A program made the position numbers and the translations under genes. The notes under the pieces are model-generated. The model searched no databases and had not been told where the DNA came from. It was given only the letters and a program-made list of their open reading frames with translations. Shown here in pieces: positions 9,798 through 20,491 of a stretch of 64,000 nt of DNA. Position 1 is the first letter of the stretch; every line of letters starts with the position of its first letter. The stretch lies in sequence record OZ196593.1. One strand, 5' to 3'.

Positions 9798-10091
9798 ATG
9801 AATGAAGTAACAACTTACACCGACACAAAAGAACTAGCACTAGACATCGCAGCATACGCATCACTATTAGTTAAGATGGGATATTGCGAATGTGTTGAAA
9901 ATCAAAAACTCTTTGTTGAAATGTGTAACGAAGCAGGGTTCAGAACAGTAACCGGAAAAGAATTTTCTCAAATGTCATTTCGACAGATGTTCGCTCGACT
10001 TCCAGCACGCATTAGTGAAGAAATTAAAGCACAATTCTCATGGGGTAACAACGCACCAAATGAGTCTATTCTTGAAAGCGTTTACGTATAG
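9798..10091 (+). CDS. hypothetical protein
   Basis: ORF in an operon. Confidence 0.6.
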   Translation: MNEVTTYTDTKELALDIAAYASLLVKMGYCECVENQKLFVEMCNEAGFRTVTGKEFSQMSFRQMFARLPARISEEIKAQFSWGNNAPNESILESVYV

Positions 10092-10098
10092 GTAACAC

Positions 10099-10392
10099 AT
10101 GGACTTCGGAAAAGCACTAGAAGCACTGAAATCAGGTCAAAAAGTAGCACGCGCAGGTTGGAACGGTCAGGGGATGTTTATCGTTCTAATGCCCGAACTA
10201 TATCTCCCATCGTTTAACACTCAAGACACGTTCAAAAAAGTAAATGATCGAACCGCGAAACACATCGGCAAAGACACTCCGCTAGACAGTCAGCCGTATA
10301 TCGCTATGTTCACATCAGATGAAAAATGGCAGCCAGGTTGGGTTGCGTCGCAAGCTGATCTTCTAAGCGAAGATTGGGCGATTGTAGAATAA
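10099..10392 (+). CDS. DUF2829 / Thoeris anti-defence 2 (Tad2)-like sponge protein
   Basis: MDFGKALEALKSGQKVARAGWNG..MF...W..SQADLLSEDW matches the DUF2829/Tad2 termini. Confidence 0.8.
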   Translation: MDFGKALEALKSGQKVARAGWNGQGMFIVLMPELYLPSFNTQDTFKKVNDRTAKHIGKDTPLDSQPYIAMFTSDEKWQPGWVASQADLLSEDWAIVE

Positions 10393-10430
10393 AAAAAAGG
10401 GCAGTCTGCGTAATGCAAACTGCCCTTTTT
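10392..10430. terminator. bidirectional terminator
   Basis: A8-GGGCAG...CTGCCC-T5 between convergent genes. Confidence 0.75.
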
Positions 10431-10442
10431 GTTGGTCACTCG

Positions 10443-11006
10443 TTATTTCTGGTCGGTTAATTTCTCTACCCTAACATCTAACGCGTCAATGCGTTCTTTC
10501 AGCATGTCCGCCTCAGAACCAGTGAATCGGTCGCTACTAACTGCCTCAACTTGAGTTTGCACTTTAGCAAGTTCAGCTTCAAAACGCCCATCTTTCTGGT
10601 TTCGAGCATCGATCTTGATACCCAATTCTTTCTGAGATTCGTACAATGCATCATACGAATTACGCAGATTTTCATCCGCTGCCTGTGATGTTGCTCTTAG
10701 AGATTCTACACTTGATCCAAGTCTGCCGTACTGCACTAACATTTCATCTTGTTTTTTCACGATGAGAGATTGTTGTCCCTCTAGCGAAATAAGTTGCTGT
10801 GCTTGTGTAGCATCGGTTAATTTAATGTCGGTAATCTCTTTCATAATCGCGTCGTACTGCTTGATGTTGGTCTCGCCTTGCGCTTGCACTATTTCTAGTG
10901 CTTCCTGCATTCCACCATACTGAGTCGCGACGCTCAATGAAGATATTGATAGAGGAATAAGAATCGTCCCAACCACAGCTAATGCCGCTTGCCAGAACTT
11001 TGTCAT
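10443..11006 (-). CDS. N-terminally membrane-anchored coiled-coil protein (holin or spanin candidate by position)
   Basis: one N-terminal hydrophobic helix plus heptads; follows the last tail-fibre gene, as T4 holin t does. Confidence 0.4.
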   Translation of the reverse strand: MTKFWQAALAVVGTILIPLSISSLSVATQYGGMQEALEIVQAQGETNIKQYDAIMKEITDIKLTDATQAQQLISLEGQQSLIVKKQDEMLVQYGRLGSSVESLRATSQAADENLRNSYDALYESQKELGIKIDARNQKDGRFEAELAKVQTQVEAVSSDRFTGSEADMLKERIDALDVRVEKLTDQK

Positions 11007-11049
11007 AGTATTGGTTCCTATGTTCGTTAATCTTAGTCTTCAATCGTAT

Positions 11050-14000
11050 TTATAAGCCCAGAATTTTCTTCCACCAAGGTTTTTTAAGCTCGTGTACTTC
11101 GCTCTGAAGCGTTTCGACTTTCTCGTTAAGCTCTTTAATCGATTCAATCAAAAGACCGCTTAGATTGCCGTACGCGACTGATTTGATACCATCTTCGTCG
11201 TTCTCATCGACTCTAACAGCTTCTGGCAGCACTGCTTCAACTTCTTGAGCAATCACACCCGTTTCGCGTGAAGTCTCGTCCTCGTGTAGAGAGCGTTTCT
11301 TATCGTACACGTAACCATTCAACTGCAACACTTTTTCAAGTGGGTTTTCAATGCGCTCGATGTTAGACTTTAGTCGAATATCAGAGTACGCAGTTACGTT
11401 ACCCGTTGCCGTGAAGTGTCCCGCATCATCAAACGTGAATCGAGTCGTTGACGCATCGCGAATATACCAGTTGCCAATTCCGTCATTCAAATCAGTGTAC
11501 ATGTGCGAACCGTTACAGAAGAACTCAACGTCGTTGCCAGTACCAAAGTAAATGTAGTCATTGTCGTCTAGAGCAATACCTGCATTCGCATTGATCAATC
11601 CAGTGAACGTAGCACCTGCCAGTTGCGCGTATTTTGCATTCGATTCAGATTCAGTGTAGTAGCGACCATCATGCGTGTGACTATCGTTCGCAACAGTCGT
11701 CGTAATCGAAACTGTTTTGTTACCACTACCGTCAACTGACATACTAGCAGAACCCGTAACATCACCAGTAAGTGTTGTTGTTAACGTTCTTGCAGTTGTC
11801 CATTTATCAGCATTTGGGTGATAGTTGTCTGCGAATAAACGCTCCCAGCTACTCCATGTGCCGTTATCTTGACCACGAACATACCATGCATTCGTTCTCC
11901 AATCACTCGCTTGTTGCGTCTGCCACGAACTTGAATATGAATTCGTTTGAATCGCATGGTCTTGACCCTCAGGTGCACCAGTAGCGCCGGCTGTTAGATA
12001 GCGAACTAGGAAGCCCGAGTTATCGCCTACTGTGTCTGCATTACTAGTTGTTCGACTTGATAACGTAGTTTCAAACTTATCATGCCTATGCGAATCATCA
12101 GCAACAGTAACCGTTAGCGTTTTATTCGCTGAACCGTCAATTGAAACACTACCACTTGCATCACCGCTTAATGTGATTGTACGAGCAGTTGTCCATTTAT
12201 CAGCATTTGGGTGATAGTTGTCCATGAAAATGCGTTGTTCTGCATGGTCAGCAGCCGTCGTACTCGTGTTGTTTCTGTACGCGTAACGCAGTTGATCAAT
12301 AGCACCGGTCGCTGAATATAGCGTATGTCTGAACTTCGAACCACCATTATGACCCCACTGAATCCAGTTGATGAATTCATCAGTTGGTGCGCCTGCAACA
12401 TTCGAAGCTGAACCCGTTCTGAATTCATCAGTTTGGGTGTTCCAGTTCGCGTTCAAAGGGTCTAGTCGTGTGTGCAAGTGACTATCGTTCGCAACAGTCG
12501 TCGTAATCGATACTGTTTTGTTGCCACTACCATCAACTGACATACTAGCAGTACCAGATACATCGCCAGTCAGTGTTGTTGTCAACGTTCTTGCAGTTGT
12601 CCATTTATCAGCATTTGGGTGATAGTTGTCTGCGAATACTCGCGATGAGTTGTTGGCATACAGATTACCAGCCGCGTACGTGTTACCAGATGTACCACTA
12701 ACCCAGAATGAACGTTTATTGATTACATGTCCACTTGTAGTAGTACCCGTCGATGACAATACATTGAACGCATCATTGCCGTCATTCGCATATAACACAA
12801 CATTCACGTGACCATTACCCGGCCCGTGAATATTCAAGCCGTTATTCGAGCCAGGGACTAGACTAGTACCCGGGTTGACATCACGCGTGATGAATGCATC
12901 AGTATCAAAGATAAGGTCATTAGCACCAAGCGTCAAATCACCAGTCATCGTGTCACCAGATTTTGTTACGTAAACGCCACCGCTTATTGGAGCAAATCGA
13001 GAATCTGATTCTGTTTCAGTGTAGTAGCGACCATCATGCGTGTGCGAGTCATTTGCAACAGCAACAGTTAACGTTACGTTAGTCGAGCCATCCCACACTA
13101 TCGAACCGCTTGCATCACCTGAAAGTGTCAACGTACGCGCATTAGTCCATTTATCTGCGTTAGGGTGATAGTTGTCTGCAAATACACGTTGGTTTGCGTT
13201 CGCGTAAATGCCACCATTCATATACACGTTATTGCTTTCACGAGTACCAGACATGACTACGTTATCAACATTACTGTTACGACGAATCAACTGCCAGTCA
13301 TTTTCATCACCTTCATAGCGAAGAATCACACCGTGATTACCGCTGTCTTCAGTCAATCGTAGTTCTGCGTTTGTGTTTGCAGTCGAGTTAACTTCAAGCG
13401 AGCCATTGCTTTTGGCAACTTTCAAGTCACCAGTCATCGTGTCGCCTGCAACATTCACGTAACGCGAGTCTGATTCTGTTTCAGTGTAGTAACGACCATC
13501 GTGCGTGTGCGAGTCATTCGCGACAGCAACAGTTAACGTTACGTTAGTCGAACCGTCCCAAGAGACAGACCCACTAACGTCACCTGATAATGTCAACGTT
13601 CTAGCAGTCGTCCATTTGTCAGCATTTGGGTGATACGCATCGTGAAATACGCGATTGTTTTGGTATTTGAATGTACTACTCGTGGCATATAGGCCGCTCG
13701 TAGTAGACGAGCCAACTTGCAACGTCCCGTCAGTACGAACCATCGACGAACCAAAGTAAATACCGTCAGTGAATCCAGCATCGTCGTTAATTCGAAGCCA
13801 TGAATCGAATGCACGAAACGCAGCTTTGCCTTGCAATTTAACGGCATCGACCGAAATGTTGAAATCGTCACTCGACAAGATTAGTCGCTGCGTTGATGTT
13901 GTGTCTTCTCGAACTGACCAGTTGCCGCCGTCATTAACGACGAACCATTTCTTAGCACCATCGACTAGGGTTAGACGCGGTGAGCTGCCTTGTATTTCAA

Positions 14001-14280
14001 TATCATTACCAGAAGTAGTCAACTTACCGGTCATTGTATCGCCATCTTTGCGCACATAACCAGCCGCATGAATCGGGGCAAACGTCGCATTTGATTCTGT
14101 TTTTGTATATGCCGAAGTTGTCCCACCGTTGCCTAGTTCGCTTGGCAGTGGTGTGTCGTGTTCAGTAAAAACTTTATGACCGTTGTACAGAACTGTTTCG
14201 CCTTGAGGATCAAAGCGTAAGTTCCCTCCGTGCCATACTATGTTACCACCGATTGCGGTAGTAGATCTTAGTTCTGCCAT
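11050..14280 (-). CDS. long tail fibre distal subunit with C-terminal S74 intramolecular chaperone
   Basis: five YHPNADKWTTART..GD.SGS repeats; AYSDIRLK...GVIAQEV...VAYGNL chaperone. Confidence 0.85.
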   Translation of the reverse strand: MAELRSTTAIGGNIVWHGGNLRFDPQGETVLYNGHKVFTEHDTPLPSELGNGGTTSAYTKTESNATFAPIHAAGYVRKDGDTMTGKLTTSGNDIEIQGSSPRLTLVDGAKKWFVVNDGGNWSVREDTTSTQRLILSSDDFNISVDAVKLQGKAAFRAFDSWLRINDDAGFTDGIYFGSSMVRTDGTLQVGSSTTSGLYATSSTFKYQNNRVFHDAYHPNADKWTTARTLTLSGDVSGSVSWDGSTNVTLTVAVANDSHTHDGRYYTETESDSRYVNVAGDTMTGDLKVAKSNGSLEVNSTANTNAELRLTEDSGNHGVILRYEGDENDWQLIRRNSNVDNVVMSGTRESNNVYMNGGIYANANQRVFADNYHPNADKWTNARTLTLSGDASGSIVWDGSTNVTLTVAVANDSHTHDGRYYTETESDSRFAPISGGVYVTKSGDTMTGDLTLGANDLIFDTDAFITRDVNPGTSLVPGSNNGLNIHGPGNGHVNVVLYANDGNDAFNVLSSTGTTTSGHVINKRSFWVSGTSGNTYAAGNLYANNSSRVFADNYHPNADKWTTARTLTTTLTGDVSGTASMSVDGSGNKTVSITTTVANDSHLHTRLDPLNANWNTQTDEFRTGSASNVAGAPTDEFINWIQWGHNGGSKFRHTLYSATGAIDQLRYAYRNNTSTTAADHAEQRIFMDNYHPNADKWTTARTITLSGDASGSVSIDGSANKTLTVTVADDSHRHDKFETTLSSRTTSNADTVGDNSGFLVRYLTAGATGAPEGQDHAIQTNSYSSSWQTQQASDWRTNAWYVRGQDNGTWSSWERLFADNYHPNADKWTTARTLTTTLTGDVTGSASMSVDGSGNKTVSITTTVANDSHTHDGRYYTESESNAKYAQLAGATFTGLINANAGIALDDNDYIYFGTGNDVEFFCNGSHMYTDLNDGIGNWYIRDASTTRFTFDDAGHFTATGNVTAYSDIRLKSNIERIENPLEKVLQLNGYVYDKKRSLHEDETSRETGVIAQEVEAVLPEAVRVDENDEDGIKSVAYGNLSGLLIESIKELNEKVETLQSEVHELKKPWWKKILGL

Positions 14281-14323
14281 GTTATTGTCTCAGTTGTTCA
14301 TTTATCATGTATTTATGCAGATA

Positions 14324-14350
14324 TAAAAAAAGCCCCTTTCGGAGCTTTTC
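14324..14350 (-). terminator. intrinsic terminator
   Basis: AAAGCTCC-GAAA-GGGGCTTT followed by a T-run on the - strand. Confidence 0.7.
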
Positions 14351-14351
14351 G

Positions 14352-16109
14352 TTATTTGAAAAGTCGTTTCCACCAAGGCTTCTTCAACTCATCAATTTGT
14401 TGTTGCTGTTCTTTAATCGCTTCGATTAGCAAACCAACCATGTTCCCGTATGCAACGCTCATATGTTCTTCACCGTGAACAATTGCTTCAGGCAGCACTT
14501 CTTGTACCTCTTGAGCAATTACACCTGTTTGGCGAGGGCATTCAACGTCAGTACGATCAAACGTGTAACCGTTTAATTGATTCACTTTATCAAGTGCATT
14601 ATCAATCTTCGCTATATTCGTTTTCAATCGAATGTCTGAGTATGCAGTAACGTTGCCCGAACATGTGAAATCACCACCAGTCATTGACAATAGACTAGAT
14701 GATGAACAATCCAATCGAATATCATTGTCTGCGGTACTATTCGTAGTGTGAAAATCAATATATCTACCGACCTCAAGAACACCAGATGAAGTTACCTTAC
14801 CAAGATACTTTCCTGCAATATCAGCAAATGTTTGCGCAGTTGCAAACTCACTGATCTGAGTGTATCGAGTGTCGTGCGTATGTGAGTCATTTGCAACAGT
14901 AACTGTTAGTGTTTGATTAGCCGAACCATCGATTGAAACACTACCACTTGCATCACCGCCTAATGTGATTGTACGAGCAGTCGCCCATTTCGTTGCAGAC
15001 GATGCATTACCAACAAACGCATTTGCTCGAATGCTACCAGTCGAACCTTGAATTTCAACGTTCGTGCTTGAATACAGCGTATCACCACTATGCCATACGA
15101 TGTCATACCATGTTGCCGACGTATTAGAACCATTCACATCGACTGTATCAGCCCATGTTGCAGTAGTCGCATTACCCGATAACGCTCCACTAAACGTTCC
15201 GGCAGTTACTGTACCCGTAACAGTGACACCACTTGTTGTAGTTTCAAGTTTCGTGCTGCTATTGTAATAAAGACGAATGCCTGCACTGTCAGTTGCTTGC
15301 CACAACCATACATTACTAGTGTCATCATACAGACCACACGTAGTACCATCAGCCATCAACGACCAAACTGTCTCACTTGCGGTATTGTCAATGCATATAC
15401 CAGCCCACCCCGACGTTTGCGACTCAACCACTAGCAGGTCCGGTCGATGAGAAGCTTCACCGAGTTTAACACCAGACCCCAATGTGATTGACGTACCACT
15501 CAGATTCGTAAATGTATCAGTTGCATCAGAACGCAAAAACGATGTTGAATTGATGCCATCCAGCAACTGAGCATCGGCTGCTTTTGCTGAAATTCCTAAG
15601 AATCTCGCGTCAGATTCCGTTTCAGTGTAGTAACGATCATCGTGCGTATGACTACCATTTGCAACAGTAACAGACAATGAAGCATTTGCAGAGCCGTCCC
15701 AAGACACAGAGCCGCTCACATCGCCCGTCAGCGTTAACGTACGAGCCGTTGTCCACTTATCTGCATTAGGGTGGTATGTATCATGAAACACGCGCTGACC
15801 CGTTGCATAGATTTCCCCCTCGACTTGCAAGTTAACCGTCGCAGCAGTCGAGCCACTTGAACGCAAGATTAGCGCCTGACCAGACCCGTATATATCACCG
15901 TCAGTGATTTCGTGAATCAACTCAGCATTTTGAGCTGCGCTAGTTGTCCACTCGATGCCGGAATTTCCTGTAGCGTAGTCAGTTTCTTCTATAACGAGGC
16001 GAGTGCTCACACCGCTAACAACTAAACTTTCGACACTTACATCTTTCAACGACGCGATTCCGGTCACGTCGATGCTACCATATACTTTAGTAGGGCCTAA
16101 CTTAGCCAT
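14352..16109 (-). CDS. second tail fibre with S74 chaperone
   Basis: two copies of the same fibre repeat; AYSDIRLK...GVIAQEV...VAYGNM. Confidence 0.85.
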   Translation of the reverse strand: MAKLGPTKVYGSIDVTGIASLKDVSVESLVVSGVSTRLVIEETDYATGNSGIEWTTSAAQNAELIHEITDGDIYGSGQALILRSSGSTAATVNLQVEGEIYATGQRVFHDTYHPNADKWTTARTLTLTGDVSGSVSWDGSANASLSVTVANGSHTHDDRYYTETESDARFLGISAKAADAQLLDGINSTSFLRSDATDTFTNLSGTSITLGSGVKLGEASHRPDLLVVESQTSGWAGICIDNTASETVWSLMADGTTCGLYDDTSNVWLWQATDSAGIRLYYNSSTKLETTTSGVTVTGTVTAGTFSGALSGNATTATWADTVDVNGSNTSATWYDIVWHSGDTLYSSTNVEIQGSTGSIRANAFVGNASSATKWATARTITLGGDASGSVSIDGSANQTLTVTVANDSHTHDTRYTQISEFATAQTFADIAGKYLGKVTSSGVLEVGRYIDFHTTNSTADNDIRLDCSSSSLLSMTGGDFTCSGNVTAYSDIRLKTNIAKIDNALDKVNQLNGYTFDRTDVECPRQTGVIAQEVQEVLPEAIVHGEEHMSVAYGNMVGLLIEAIKEQQQQIDELKKPWWKRLFK

Positions 16110-16145
16110 AAGATTCCTCGTAAAAAAATTTGTTCAATGAGATAT

Positions 16146-18782
16146 TTATACCTCATTGAACTCATTGACAATGAACGAACCGTCACTGTTCATTTTAGCT
16201 TGCGAATCACCAAGCGAATCAGGGTCAGTTATGACTTCAAGCAATTCACCCGCGTGCATGACGCCATTTTTAGTAACTTGCGGCTTATGAAAGCCACCCG
16301 TTGCAGCGTATTCTTTTGTGTAGTACGTAATCGAACCGCTTGATGCGTCATAACGACGACCGTCAGAGAACTGAGTCAATAACTCGCCATTCTTGATGCC
16401 GATGAAACCCCATGTACCGCGAGACGCAATAGCATGATTCTCAGTGACCCCGAAGTATCGTTCGAAATATTCACGCAGTGTACCATCTTGCGTCGTACTT
16501 GCATCACATCGAGCAGCAGTCATCAACCAACCATCTTCCATTCGATCAATCGCGTCTTTTAGATGATTCGCAGCGACTTGTGCTGAATCTGGGATATCGT
16601 TAGCAGATGCGACGATTACTTCACCGTCAAACTCGTAATATTGAGTCGTTGTACCTGAATACGTATCAAGACTACCGAATGCACGAAGCGTCATTGACGT
16701 ATCAAAGATGCAAAACCCGATGCCACGACTACTAGATTGATAACCAGTCTTCACACCATTCAAAAATGTACCAGTATTGCCACTGGAGCTGCTTCGAATC
16801 ATTATCGTATTTTCGCCGTCATGATCCCAACCCTCTTGAAACTCTACTGCATGTGCATTACCTAGATTATCAACAGACGCTTTCACATTGTACAAGCGAG
16901 AAACTTCATCGACTGACAGTGCTTTACCATGAATCGAAACTTCAGTAATATCACCGTTGAACGTAGCACCAGTCGTACTAGAATAAGGGTGCATATTCGC
17001 GCCAATAGTCCATACGTAGTTTTCTAGCGGCTGAATCACGCCTTCGCTATCAAGCGAGTTTGCAACTTCACGCACACCATCGACAAACATGTTAGCTAAT
17101 CGCGTATCGTAATCAAACGTCCATACATAGTGATGCCATTCGCCATCATTAGTATGCGTCGAACAAATCGGGTCACTTGAACCCCAACCGTGCATTCTAA
17201 ATCGATTGCCTTCAAGACACAGCAAAATAGCACCACCAGAGACTTGACTTCCCTCAGTATAAATGCCATCATCGTATTTCATGAATGGGTTACGATTATC
17301 ACCTTGTGTTGTTCTAGCCCAGAATGCAACTGATACTTGACGCGACATGTGATTCGCAGTTGTTCGAATATGTCTTCGAATATCATTCCAACCAGTACGT
17401 CCCGAAGACGGGAAGTGAAAATGACCAGAACCGCGTTCAGTGTCGTTCTCAACATAAGATGGCGCATAGTCGTATTCAAGAAGAGCATTGTTCTCTAGAC
17501 CAGTCATATCAGAGACGATAACATCGTCAGCACTGAATTTGCGATATGGGTTTGCCACGTCACGATGGCATTCAAATTGAATGTCTTTCGCTTCCATCGT
17601 CGCGCCCTCGACTGAGTAATGACCATAGAAGTAAATCGTAATAGAACGATTCACATCAGTGTCAGAGCCAACAGTCGTCGTATACGATTTGCGTTCCCAT
17701 TCACCTGCAACGTTTTGCGTGTGTGTTATCTTACCAGATTCCCACTTTGTAGAGTTATCAGCTCGACGCGTGTAAAATCCAACGTTGAACGTCGCGCCAG
17801 TGTGAGTTGAACGCTGCGTCCATGAGACTGTGATTCGGTCGCCAACTTCAAGACCATAATCAACTAAATTCCCATGACCGCATGAGATACCCATCCAACG
17901 ATCCCCGTAACCAAAACGCTGATTATCATTGATATGGCGCATTACAGCTTTACCGTCAATATTCACCCATTTCGCGTGATAGCCAATTTCCGGATCAGGG
18001 ACGCCGCCATTGTAGCCACTTGACCAACTTTCACACAAGATCGCGTCTTTGTTCAGTTCAGTGTCCCATGTTCCGTTGACGTACGCAGCACCCGGTAGAA
18101 AATCAGGGTTACGCGTGCTGTTACGCGGTAGAAACTCGTTCGCCCCGTTCATGTTCCACTTTGCAACTGTCCCAAGTGCGATGTCTTTCATTTCACGATC
18201 TGAAATCGCGTTGTCGTAAAAGCGAACATCTTGCAATCGCACACGAGCACTCGTGTGAGCAATCAATGTCACTGCCCCAGTAGGTGGTGATATATCATTC
18301 GATACGTTAAACATACGATCAAACTCTGCGTTGATGTATATGCTAACTCTCGTCGGAGTTCTGCGTATTGTTACGTGATGCCAATCAGCAATAGGCCCGA
18401 CCCGATAATTGGTTGTAACAACCCCATTACCACTAGTTGCGCCATTGAACCAGTTACACCAGTAATCATATTGATTGACATCATCATCAATATTACCACG
18501 CTCAAAACGCACCGTTGCTGCGCCAGTCGATGGTTGATAGCTAACAATGTCAGCCCAATCAGACCCATCAGAATCACCTTGCACCCAGAAACACAATGTA
18601 GCCTCGTCGCCTGAGAGAACTTGATCAAGTTGTTCATTTTTATCGATGTGCAATGTACTCTCAAGTACATTGCCCCCAATCACACCATTTCCGCTTGTCG
18701 AATTTGCACCATGTGCGTGATTCTCAAACCCACTCCAGTCATTGGTGTCTTTGTGGAGCGGGTACCATGCTAATAATGCCAT
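16146..18782 (-). CDS. multi-lectin-domain (LamG/ConA-like) tail-associated protein
   Basis: two LamG-like repeats (TLCFWV..WHHVT..DVRFYDNAIS; SVAFW..WHHYVWT..EVSIHGKALS); located inside the fibre operon. Confidence 0.7.
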   Translation of the reverse strand: MALLAWYPLHKDTNDWSGFENHAHGANSTSGNGVIGGNVLESTLHIDKNEQLDQVLSGDEATLCFWVQGDSDGSDWADIVSYQPSTGAATVRFERGNIDDDVNQYDYWCNWFNGATSGNGVVTTNYRVGPIADWHHVTIRRTPTRVSIYINAEFDRMFNVSNDISPPTGAVTLIAHTSARVRLQDVRFYDNAISDREMKDIALGTVAKWNMNGANEFLPRNSTRNPDFLPGAAYVNGTWDTELNKDAILCESWSSGYNGGVPDPEIGYHAKWVNIDGKAVMRHINDNQRFGYGDRWMGISCGHGNLVDYGLEVGDRITVSWTQRSTHTGATFNVGFYTRRADNSTKWESGKITHTQNVAGEWERKSYTTTVGSDTDVNRSITIYFYGHYSVEGATMEAKDIQFECHRDVANPYRKFSADDVIVSDMTGLENNALLEYDYAPSYVENDTERGSGHFHFPSSGRTGWNDIRRHIRTTANHMSRQVSVAFWARTTQGDNRNPFMKYDDGIYTEGSQVSGGAILLCLEGNRFRMHGWGSSDPICSTHTNDGEWHHYVWTFDYDTRLANMFVDGVREVANSLDSEGVIQPLENYVWTIGANMHPYSSTTGATFNGDITEVSIHGKALSVDEVSRLYNVKASVDNLGNAHAVEFQEGWDHDGENTIMIRSSSSGNTGTFLNGVKTGYQSSSRGIGFCIFDTSMTLRAFGSLDTYSGTTTQYYEFDGEVIVASANDIPDSAQVAANHLKDAIDRMEDGWLMTAARCDASTTQDGTLREYFERYFGVTENHAIASRGTWGFIGIKNGELLTQFSDGRRYDASSGSITYYTKEYAATGGFHKPQVTKNGVMHAGELLEVITDPDSLGDSQAKMNSDGSFIVNEFNEV

Positions 18783-18791
18783 TGTATTACC

Positions 18792-20432
18792 TTATGCAAA
18801 AATAAAGTCAATTGAGTTCGTTGAAGAATTGTACTCAATCGACGCTGTTCCATCGTCAAATTTCATTTCAGAACGACCATCGTGTTGCACGATACTATCG
18901 TTGTACGTCATTGCGTCTGTATTACTCGCACTTGATGTTGAATCAATTCGAAGCGTATTCCTACTACCTGCACCTGCACGCAATTCGATACCCTCAGTCG
19001 GACCCGTGCCGTCACCATCAGCTTGTATGATTACACTCGCATTACTTTGCAATGTCGGACCCGCATTACCGCCCATCAAATCTAAGAAGTAACCAGTTGA
19101 TGTACCGACAACCCACGCACTACCCATCGTCAAGTTACCAGTCATTGTGTCGCCCGATGCGTTTACATAACGACCATCAAGTTTTGACGTGTAGTTGCCC
19201 ATGTGAACAACATCATGTCCGTTAAACTCAAGCGAATTCACATTAGCTGCGCCACCTGCTACGCGTAGCGTATTCAAACCAGCTTTCAAGTTCAAGTATC
19301 GAGTAGTTTCATTATCGTTCGAGTCTGCTTCGATTGTGATGTCACCAACCGACTCCATCCAAATATTCGTCGAATTGAATTTCAATGCGTAGCTCGAAGA
19401 CTCACCCTCGAATCCGTAACCCGAATCAAATGTGATATTCGACCCCTTCATGTCCAAGCCACCGTTGGCAAGAAATTCCCACTTGTTGCCTTCAAGAGAG
19501 TTGCCGCGCAAATGAACTTCAGTTCCCGTAGTGCTGCCTAGATAAACGATTGGCGAATAAATGTATGTTGTATCAACGGTTGACTGAATATAAAAATCGC
19601 CATCTTTGAACGCTGTACGACCCGCAACATCACTGAAGAAATAGCCGTTAGCCTTGCTCGTACCTGCATACAAGCGTACACCTGATAGATACTGACTTGA
19701 TTCGACGTTTCCATCAAACTGAGCACTACCATCCGTTAAGTCAAACTGAACACGAACATCATTTACATCACGATCTATGAAACGCAATAAGCCCGCTGTA
19801 CTGAAGTCAATACCTGCCTGCTTTGCCGAGTTACGGAAGCGCAATTCATGTGAATAGCTCGTATCAGTATCATATAGTGTTACGTCACCGCCACCGAATG
19901 TAACAGCACCGGTAAACGTATCACCCGTTACATTAGCATAACGACCGTCTAGTGTTGAGTTAATGTTGCCAGTGTGCAGCATCATTCGATGAGCTGAACC
20001 GTCATAATACTGAAATTCACCGTCATGACCGAACTGCCAGTATTTCGGGTTCGAACCGTACGTACTTACAATTCTCAACTCATTGCCCGTTAGCCCCGAC
20101 GAGGTCCCGACGTAACGAATTTCCCACGAATATGACGTACTAGCTGTACCATTACCCATCGCAATCCAGTTGTCATAACCGCCAAGATCTGGGTGTGTTA
20201 AGTCTAGAGCACATCCATTAATGACAGGGATGTTTAACGTGCCAGACATCGTATCACCGCTACGCTTAACAACAGATTCGGTTAAATCAGTATGCGGGTC
20301 TGGCTTATCTAGTTCGGTGAATACTTTATAGCCGTCGTAAAGTACAGTCTCGCCCTGTGGGTCAAAACGTAAATTACCTCCATGCCATACTATGTTACCG
20401 CCAATTGCGGTAGTTGATCTTAATTCTGCCAT
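18792..20432 (-). CDS. tail fibre protein
   Basis: YVNxxGDTMTG fibre repeats; N-terminal 33 aa identical to the 11050..14280 fibre. Confidence 0.8.
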   Translation of the reverse strand: MAELRSTTAIGGNIVWHGGNLRFDPQGETVLYDGYKVFTELDKPDPHTDLTESVVKRSGDTMSGTLNIPVINGCALDLTHPDLGGYDNWIAMGNGTASTSYSWEIRYVGTSSGLTGNELRIVSTYGSNPKYWQFGHDGEFQYYDGSAHRMMLHTGNINSTLDGRYANVTGDTFTGAVTFGGGDVTLYDTDTSYSHELRFRNSAKQAGIDFSTAGLLRFIDRDVNDVRVQFDLTDGSAQFDGNVESSQYLSGVRLYAGTSKANGYFFSDVAGRTAFKDGDFYIQSTVDTTYIYSPIVYLGSTTGTEVHLRGNSLEGNKWEFLANGGLDMKGSNITFDSGYGFEGESSSYALKFNSTNIWMESVGDITIEADSNDNETTRYLNLKAGLNTLRVAGGAANVNSLEFNGHDVVHMGNYTSKLDGRYVNASGDTMTGNLTMGSAWVVGTSTGYFLDLMGGNAGPTLQSNASVIIQADGDGTGPTEGIELRAGAGSRNTLRIDSTSSASNTDAMTYNDSIVQHDGRSEMKFDDGTASIEYNSSTNSIDFIFA

Positions 20433-20491
20433 TAGCATAATCCCATTTATTAGATATATGCTTGTATTTAGTATAGCCGAAAAAAAGGACG

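Noticed and set aside
10443-11006. Confident call as T4 holin t
   Set aside because: Position fits, but the sequence is a coiled coil with no recognisable gpT motifs; left as a low-confidence candidate.
11050-20438. Diversity-generating retroelement or shufflon in the tail fibres
   Set aside because: No reverse transcriptase or invertase in the window; repeat differences are mainly synonymous and not adenine-specific; repeats are direct and within the same strand.
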